Source: an uncultured virus (IMG/VR IMGVR_UViG_2061766007_000740) (taxonomy: Duplodnaviria; Heunggongvirae; Uroviricota; Caudoviricetes). Taken from it: a stretch of DNA of 34,402 nucleotides. The notes under the pieces are model-generated. The model had not been told where the DNA came from. It did no database searches and saw only the letters and a list, made by a program, of their open reading frames with translations. Of the stretch, positions 28,190-34,402 are shown piece after piece. Position 1 is the first letter of the stretch. Every line of letters begins with the position of its first letter. Made by a program: the position numbers and the translations under genes. The stretch lies in the IMG/VR virus record IMGVR_UViG_2061766007_000740; one strand, written 5' to 3'.

Positions 28190-28660
28190 ATGGCAGAGGT
28201 TCATACCATAGAAGAAAGGCAGAAGTACGTCGAGGCGTGGAACACCACCATGACGCAAATCTGGCAGGAGCGCATCATCAAGCTCGGTGTGTTCGAAGCA
28301 CCCCGGCGCAAGCAGCGTCAAGGGCAGCCCCACCTGCTCGATAGCCTTATGTACTTCCCCGTGAAGCACGATGACATGTACATGGAACTCGCGCTTCATT
28401 TTACCTTTCCGGAATACGGTCTGTTCCAGGACCGCGGTACCGGGCGAGAAAAGTGGCTTGGTAATCCGGGCGACATAGGCGAAACCACCAAGTCCGGACG
28501 AGCACGCAAGTTCCGTGAGGTCCGTCCCTGGTTCTCCATCAAGTACTACGCCTCTATTATGAACATGAAGGACTTTATGGCTCGCTCGATACGCGACCAG
28601 TTCGTCGGTATGCTATCCACAACTTTCGATAATCTCAATCTCAAAATGGCTAAGGTATGA
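28190..28660 (+). CDS. Putative neck/tail-completion protein
   Basis: 156 aa; FPEYGLFQDRGTG and RPWFS resemble HK97 gp10-like proteins. Confidence 0.55.
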   Translation: MAEVHTIEERQKYVEAWNTTMTQIWQERIIKLGVFEAPRRKQRQGQPHLLDSLMYFPVKHDDMYMELALHFTFPEYGLFQDRGTGREKWLGNPGDIGETTKSGRARKFREVRPWFSIKYYASIMNMKDFMARSIRDQFVGMLSTTFDNLNLKMAKV

Positions 28661-28950
28661 AAAAGGTAATTATTGATTGGAGCAGCTTCCCGTGGCACAG
28701 CCTCGTGTTCGTGCTCACTACCGCCGCAATGATTGGTCTCGGCGTGGCAGGGTTCGTAGTACCGCCGCTCGGCGTTATAGACCCGTCCGTGTTCAAGTAC
28801 GGCAGTCTCTTGTGTGTGCCACTCGTGGTGTCCCAAATAAGACCCGTTCTGCAAGAGGCACACTATTTCAAGGCTTCTATCGGCAATGCTTCGGTGGAGG
28901 CTGGCAATGGTAAGCACCAACCCGCGTCCGACCCGCCCCCGAACGAGTAA
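28657..28950 (+). CDS. Holin-like membrane protein
   Basis: 97 aa, two hydrophobic segments around VPPLGVIDPSV. Confidence 0.55.
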   Translation: MKKVIIDWSSFPWHSLVFVLTTAAMIGLGVAGFVVPPLGVIDPSVFKYGSLLCVPLVVSQIRPVLQEAHYFKASIGNASVEAGNGKHQPASDPPPNE

Positions 28951-29113
28951 AGAAAAACCCGCTGCCTGCGGTTATAGGCAACCCGTAGTTCTGTTTTGTA
29001 TGGTTTATGGTGAGTTGGGGAGTTTTGAAGTTTGTACCCGACTCGGAGTAAGGGAGTAGTCGCGAGACTGCCCCCTTATTCTATGCCCTAACTCATAGCC
29101 CATAGACCTGCCA

Positions 29114-29173
29114 ATAGTAAACCCCATAGTAAACTTATAGTAAACTTATAGTAAACTTATAGTAAACTTATAG
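29114..29173. repeat. 11-bp tandem repeat ATAGTAAACTT (~5 copies)
   Basis: ATAG starts at 29114, 29126, 29137, 29148, 29159 and 29170. Confidence 0.9.
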
Positions 29174-29524
29174 ACCTCTCCCGAACTCATAGCCTATCAA
29201 GCGAACTCAATCGTCTCGTCGAGACCTCGTCGTTCATCAGCGTGAACCTCTCTCGATGTCAACTCTCTCTTTCCGTCCGAACCTCTCTGCATATTCCGCT
29301 CAAACGAAACGCGCTCGGTTCGTCCAATCCGCAGGCAGTGCGGGGGCTCGATGGAGGCAAACAAGGGGAATTTTTTCACAAATTCCCCCTGTGACCCCCT
29401 GATTTTTCTGACTTCTCAAAATGGAAAGTGTGGAAGAAATTATATTTTTCTATCGTACGTTCCGGTTCAGAAATGCCAATTTTCGGTAAAATCAGCAAGT
29501 TAAGTGTATTTTTTTGCCCGAAAA

Positions 29525-29556
29525 TTTGCACAGTTCAAAAAAAAGCAGTACCTTTG
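29525..29556 (+). promoter_or_regulatory. Bacteroidetes promoter
   Basis: TTTG - 20 nt - TACCTTTG. Confidence 0.8.
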
Positions 29557-29647
29557 CACCGTCTAAGTTAAAATAAAGCAGGGCGACTGAGAGAAGTTGC
29601 CGCAAGCGAGCGGTATTTTTTATGCTCAGTCTATACCAAAATTGTAG

Positions 29648-29729
29648 TATCGGTTACTCCCGTGAGTTGTACTGTAATGGTCGCTCAAGCCTTGCTTTTA
29701 GGACTTAGACAACGGGGCGGTAACCGGTA
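29648..29729 (+). ncRNA. c4/CI-like antisense RNA with flanking target boxes
   Basis: Stem TATCGGTTAC/GTAACCGGTA plus CCCGT/ACGGG; internal GCCTTGCTTTT and CTTAGAC complementary to upstream AAAGCAGGGC and GTCTAAG and to downstream AAAAGC and GTCTAA. Confidence 0.65.
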
Positions 29730-29755
29730 TTTTTATAGTCTAAATACTAAAAGCT

Positions 29756-29935
29756 ATGTGTCAAATTAGTAAGAACGTCAGTGTCGACGAGTTGAAAAAG
29801 CAGTTATTCCGGATTGCCAATGGTCTGAAGGCAGAAGCCGGGAAGGTTCAAGCAACAATGGTGCTGGACGAGAACTACACCTCAATGACTGCGGTGATGG
29901 GTAATCAAGTCCTCTGTATTAACTTCATGAATTAA
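29756..29935 (+). CDS. Small hypothetical protein, 59 aa (not in ORF track)
   Basis: MCQISKNVSVDELKKQLF...INFMN* directly after the antisense target boxes. Confidence 0.65.
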   Translation: MCQISKNVSVDELKKQLFRIANGLKAEAGKVQATMVLDENYTSMTAVMGNQVLCINFMN

Positions 29936-29947
29936 GAGGACGCAGCT

Positions 29948-30154
29948 ATGATCCAAGTATCTATGCCGGACGAACTGACCAATGCAGCCGTCCATCGGAT
30001 GTTGTCTTCCATCGCTCGCTCGGTGACTCTGAACGATAAGCCGGCGGAAATCACTTGTGTCCAGGAACCCAGAGGTGGTATGCGTCTGAGCGCTGCCTTC
30101 GATACCTATTCCGGAGAGCGTTATCGCTTGCAGCTGGAGTTGGCTCCGGTGTGA
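29948..30154 (+). CDS. Hypothetical protein
   Basis: 68 aa, second gene of the same operon. Confidence 0.55.
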   Translation: MIQVSMPDELTNAAVHRMLSSIARSVTLNDKPAEITCVQEPRGGMRLSAAFDTYSGERYRLQLELAPV

Positions 30155-30367
30155 TCCGACCGATGGTAATTTCCGGCGACGGCTCNNNNNNNNNNNNNNN
30201 NNNNNNNNNNNNNNNNNNNNNNNNNNNNNNNNNNNNCTATCCCCATCATAAGAAGTAGGAGGAGGGTTAAAACTCGCCGATTTTTGAAAAATCCGTTTCT
30301 AAAGTGGGCAAACTGCTCTAAAATGCGACAAATCAGCAAGTTAGCGCGAAACATTATGCACCGATTT

Positions 30368-30436
30368 TGTTTCATTTTGTTTCTTTAGCGTGCAAAGTGT
30401 TTCACAATGTTTCGATATTGTTTCAATAAATGTTTC
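30368..30436. repeat. Six TGTTTC repeats phased at ~10 bp
   Basis: Starts at 30368, 30378, 30398, 30408, 30419 and 30431; inverted GAAACA at 30474. Confidence 0.75.
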
Positions 30437-30544
30437 TATCTAAGTAACTATAAATAAGAAAGTTAGACACAAAGAAACAAGATTTTTCGCAAAACCGGCT
30501 TTCTAGAATTTTTTCTCCTTCTTACAGGGAAAATGCGGGCGAAA

Positions 30545-30576
30545 CTTGCAAATGTCAAAAAAAAGTCGTACCTTTG
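30545..30576 (+). promoter_or_regulatory. Bacteroidetes promoter
   Basis: CTTG - 20 nt - TACCTTTG. Confidence 0.7.
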
Positions 30577-30636
30577 CACCCGATTCTGAATCACTGCCCA
30601 ATCTTAAAGATAGTACATTTTTAAGAATTGGCGGTT

Positions 30637-30909
30637 ATGAGTGTTTCTGAAGGTCATCTTTCTGAATACAATGCGCTTCCGGCTTCTTCCCGGAGGTGGG
30701 TTCTTCGTATGCTCAGGTCTTGGGCAGGTTGGTCACGTACTACGGTGTACCGGAAGCTGGAGTGTGGAACGCTCTGCCGGTTAGAAAGTTTGCTCTTGAG
30801 CAGCTGTCTGGAGGCTGCTCATCATCCTCAGTCGGACGGTCAGCAGCTGGTGATCCGCTTCGATTGGTCGGATGGAGAGGGCAAAATGGACGCTCGGAGG
30901 GGTAATTAA
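30637..30909 (+). CDS. Hypothetical, possible HTH protein
   Basis: LRSWAGWSRTTVYRKL; downstream of a promoter. Confidence 0.45.
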   Translation: MSVSEGHLSEYNALPASSRRWVLRMLRSWAGWSRTTVYRKLECGTLCRLESLLLSSCLEAAHHPQSDGQQLVIRFDWSDGEGKMDARRGN

Positions 30910-30959
30910 GACATCTTTCCGGATGAGCCGAAAATGAGTTCATATTGGAACAGTAAATT

Positions 30960-30991
30960 TTTGGTCATGTCCAAGAAAAGCAGTAACTTTG
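30960..30991 (+). promoter_or_regulatory. Bacteroidetes promoter
   Basis: TTTG - 20 nt - TAACTTTG. Confidence 0.75.
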
Positions 30992-31009
30992 CAAACTATT
31001 TATAAGGCT

Positions 31010-31568
31010 ATGGAAAAACGGCAAGACAAATATTACTTATACCTTCGGTGGCCGCGCTATTTGGCGCAGTGGTTTGCTCATGAGATGTACCGGTTAAGGA
31101 ACTACGAGAGTGAGACGCTTCCGCCGTTCCGGTACGACTGTGATGTCGAACCGATGGAACTGGATGTCGTCGAGACGCGTCGTGGATCCATCGAGCGTAT
31201 CATCATCGAGCAGTGTCTGGCNNNNNNNNNNNNNNNNNNNCATCCCCAAGGACGCAACCATCTGCATCCTTATTCCGGAGTTTCTCGGCAAGCCGACGCA
31301 GTATTACAACTACTTACCACCCTCAGGAGAGTCGCTGCTGGAGATAACAGTACGCAATCACTTCCGGATGGAACTGGTGAAGTACATGAACAAGGTCATC
31401 TTCAACTGCCGGACGGAGCGAGGCGGATATGCGCCTAATAAGGAGAAGTTCATCGAGACCTTCATGGAGATCAACGGAATCGACTATGAACACAAGCACA
31501 CCATCGCTGAGTTGTGGCGGAAGCTCTATAAACAGGAGAATCGAAAGATAAACAGCAATAAGAAATGA
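31010..31568 (+). CDS. Conserved phage hypothetical protein (frame break at gap)
   Basis: MEKRQDKYYLYLRWPRYLAQWF... joins ...IPKDATICILIP...; ATGA-coupled to the next gene. Confidence 0.6.
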
Positions 31569-32187
31569 GAATACCAGGTATTAGGAACATCGGATATTGC
31601 CCTGCCGCCAGTGTTCCGGCAGATTTCGAGATTCAGGGCATGGCAGGTCTGCCGGTGAACATCGCCGGTCTGACGTTCACTGCGCTCTATGTGTTGGACG
31701 ACGGTCAGTTGGTGATCAGCGACAGCAACGAGCACAACGGCGGCAATCAGAAGGTGACGCTCACGTTCACCTGCCTCTCGGAGTTCAAGCCGGGGCGGTA
31801 CGTGTTCCTTGTGCAGACGGTTGCCGGAGCTAAGTGGCTCATCGGCGGCAANNNNNNNNNNGACTTCTTCGGCATCGTCAAGGACGGGGACACGGTGAAG
31901 GTCGTGACGGAGGATGGCGGGGANNNNNNNNNNCGGCTAATGGTCTGAAGGTGACGGTCGAGTTATCGGCTCCGGTAGCTGCGCAGCGTGTCATCGGTCA
32001 GGAGTCCATCTATACCGCCGAGGGTTACGTTACCTTCGAAGACTGGCGTCAGATTGCCGAAGCTACTTACGCTCATATCGTTCACAGGCACGATACCGAT
32101 GAACTCGATGATGAGAATTTCGAGAAGACACAAGATCAAGTTAACCAAGACCTGTACGACCTCGGAGCGGCAGGCATCGTATTATAA
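31565..32187 (+). CDS. Putative structural protein (gaps plus a misplaced 62-nt fragment)
   Basis: MRIPGIRNIGYC...YVFLVQTVAGAKWLIG joins ...ANGLKVTVELSAP... Confidence 0.5.
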
Positions 32188-32189
32188 GT

Positions 32190-33001
32190 ATGAAAGAGAT
32201 TATTTATCATGTAACAGCGTCCACTCCGGGCAGGGTGATATCCATCGCCGTGGACGAGGTGCTTACCAAGGACAATATCCTCGGTATCATCAACAAGACG
32301 ACCGGCAAGGTCTTATACACGCCGCTCAAGTATCCGTTGCTCACGTTCGGTCTGAGTGCCGGCACGTTGACGCTCACCTTGGACAGCAGCATCCCTTCCA
32401 TCAGCGTCGGCGACCATCTGCTCATCAAGGTCTATACGGATGCCAACGATGCGATGGGTGGTATGATAGCTCACGACTGCGGTCGGGCTATCATCACCTG
32501 CGACTATAATCCGTATGTCACCGGATCAGACGGTATGCTTATCTCCGGTTTGTCGGTGAACATGCCGGATGGCTTCGGTGTCGGTTCGGTGGTCAAGGCT
32601 GAGTCGCTGATTGCCGGTTGTAAGGTACCCCAGTCCGTCTCGTCGCCGTCGCTCTCCTATAACGGATCAGGTTACTACGTGAGCGGAGTGACGGAGTGGA
32701 TCACGCTGGAGAAAGGCAAGGCGTACCGTTGCACCGGCAAGGTGGCTATGGGTTCGTCCAGCAGTTACGTCTATACCTATGAGGAAATAGGCACAGCCGG
32801 TGCTTCCGGTAGGGAGATAAAGGATGAGGTGGATGACATCAAGACCTTCTTCGGCATCGTCAAGGACGGCGACACGGTGAAGGTCGTGACGGAGGACGGT
32901 GGGGAAGAGGTCGTCGAACCCGTCGGGCTCATGGACGAGGACGATGTGTACGACTATCTGGAGGATATAGCCGTGCTCATGGGCGGTATCACGGCTCAGC
33001 A
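32190..33001 (+). CDS. Putative tail fibre/structural protein (3' end lost in gap)
   Basis: At least 270 aa, beta-rich Ser/Gly/Thr composition. Confidence 0.45.
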
Positions 33002-33141
33002 NNNNNNNNNNTTTAAGAAAACTATTTGACAACTTTTTGTTCAAGGTGCAAGCGACGTGGCTGTTTCAGTACATCAACCTGAAAATCCAAGAGCCGCTCG
33101 CAGAAGTGGACGAGAAAGTCGCAGAAGCGGTNNNNNNNNNN

Positions 33142-33515
33142 AATATATCTACGAATGGCTCGTAGGGTTGAATATCGGCCCGGTATATCAGGACAGGATG
33201 TTACTGGACGACAAGACAAAACTACGAAAAGAGCGTACTTATATAGTGATGGACTTCCCGGATGGGATAGCGGATCAAGGTCCTTGGTTTCGCGCAATAT
33301 GCGTAGTATGCATAGGGTGCAAAGACCAAAAGAACTTTATCCCGGACTTAGACACGCTGGATAAGGTGTGTGCGACGTTCCAAGAGTCGTTTCCTTATAA
33401 CGACGACAAGAACAACGTCAGCCTTATAGATGTGCAGTTTGAGGACGACTACCCGGATGGCTCAGGAAATCACGAATATCGTTATTCCTTTGATGTATTC
33501 GCATCGAAAGGGTAA
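33142..33515 (+). CDS. Tail terminator-like protein, partial (second phage fragment)
   Basis: IYEWLVGLNIGPVYQDR...YIVMDFPDGI; lies upstream of a tail-tube-like gene. Confidence 0.45.
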
Positions 33516-33553
33516 CAACAAACCTATTGTTTAACCACAAAAATGTTGAAATT

Positions 33554-34120
33554 ATGGCAAGACCAGCTAATTTGACATCAGGTAAGGCAGTTGCCGACAT
33601 CGCTGAGATCTATTTTCTCAAACACGAGAACGGCAAAGAGCCTGTCATATTGAACGAATTGGAAAGTTCCAATTGGTTCCCGGTATTGACGTTGAAAGAC
33701 TCGGTTGAAGTAGACCAAGCCGATCCGACGCTGAACAAGATCAATGTTGATCAGTTCGACGCTGCTATCGGTACTACTGTTGACCCGGGCGACTTCAATT
33801 TCTCGGCATATCTTCCTTCTCTGAAAGAGGATGCGCTGACGAAATGGTTTGGCAACGGTGTTGTACAGACCAACAAGTCTATCAACGGCCGCAAGCTCGT
33901 TGGTTTGAACCTCGAGAGCAAGTTGTATGACGTTTCGGTTCTCATCGTAACGGACACCAATGACTCCATCCTCTTGACGCATGTACAAGTGTCTCTTTCC
34001 TTCACGAAACAAGACAAAGTGTTCATGTTCAAGATTAACGGACAGGTTCTCGCGGCTGCCAACCCGGACAACGAGATGTTCTACATTGCTCACGATCTCG
34101 ACGAGTCGTCCAGCAACTAA
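33554..34120 (+). CDS. Major tail protein (second phage fragment)
   Basis: 188 aa, acidic and beta-rich (TLKDSVEVDQADP, PGDFNFSAYLPS); followed by a terminator. Confidence 0.6.
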   Translation: MARPANLTSGKAVADIAEIYFLKHENGKEPVILNELESSNWFPVLTLKDSVEVDQADPTLNKINVDQFDAAIGTTVDPGDFNFSAYLPSLKEDALTKWFGNGVVQTNKSINGRKLVGLNLESKLYDVSVLIVTDTNDSILLTHVQVSLSFTKQDKVFMFKINGQVLAAANPDNEMFYIAHDLDESSSN

Positions 34121-34135
34121 ATCTCGCATGATAGT

Positions 34136-34173
34136 ATAGGGGTGAACTGAGTAGCCCCTATTCTATTTTTTTT
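34136..34173 (+). terminator. Intrinsic terminator
   Basis: ATAGGGG...CCCCTAT followed by a T-tract. Confidence 0.65.
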
Positions 34174-34201
34174 CTAACAAATCANNNNNNNNNNNNNNNN
34201 N

Positions 34202-34402
34202 AAAAGAAGCATCTTTAGAGACAAAAGAAGAACTCACTTCTTTGCTGAACGAAGATAAGACAGAGATACGTCTGTCAACAGGAAAGACGGTCCGTATCGG
34301 TTATCTCAAAGGCATCACACAGGACAAGATAGATGACATCATTATCAAGTATGAGTCCTTCAAGAAGACGCTTGGCGATACCGATAAAGACACCAACAAG
34401 GG
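34202..34402 (+). CDS. Partial ORF, tail assembly chaperone candidate
   Basis: Open frame KEASLETKEELTSLLNEDKTEIRLSTGKTVRIGYLKG... after the major tail gene; runs off the window. Confidence 0.4.

Noticed and set aside
31862..32906. DGR template/variable repeat pair (31862-31923 vs 32843-32906)
   Set aside because: The short copy is isolated between N gaps, the differences are not adenine-specific, and there is no reverse transcriptase; it is a misplaced strain variant
1..34402. Alternative genetic code (stop-codon recoding)
   Set aside because: Genes are full length and tightly packed under code 11, with TAA, TAG and TGA all used as stops

Overview
About 33 kb of a temperate siphovirus-like phage of a Bacteroidales host. 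The host call rests on repeated TTTG-N20/21-TAnnTTTG promoters. The genome appears to be in the excised (attP) configuration and is a gappy scaffold with strain-variant duplications beside N runs. Modules in order: tail-completion and terminase genes, tape measure, tail protein, tyrosine integrase, att region, repressor/Cro switch, small early genes, ASCH-like protein, DNA methyltransferase, a 15.4-17.8 kb block of predicted structured non-coding RNAs, Toprim primase-SF3 helicase, frameshifted Stealth-like phosphotransferase, ClpP-type prohead protease, major capsid, major tail, PRTase and PLD-like genes, holin-like gene, and a large non-coding region with a c4-like antisense RNA. The last ~1.4 kb looks like a different phage. 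Most notable: (1) two complete att sites in tandem, carrying two covarying tRNA-Phe-like 3' ends; (2) two homologous large multi-stem RNAs, each preceded by a boxA-like 12-mer, plus a third structured RNA; (3) a Stealth-family gene next to capsid and tail-tube proteins that both carry Gly-Ser tails, suggesting virion (phospho)glycosylation; (4) several helically phased repeat arrays. All calls were made by eye, with no database searches or folding software.
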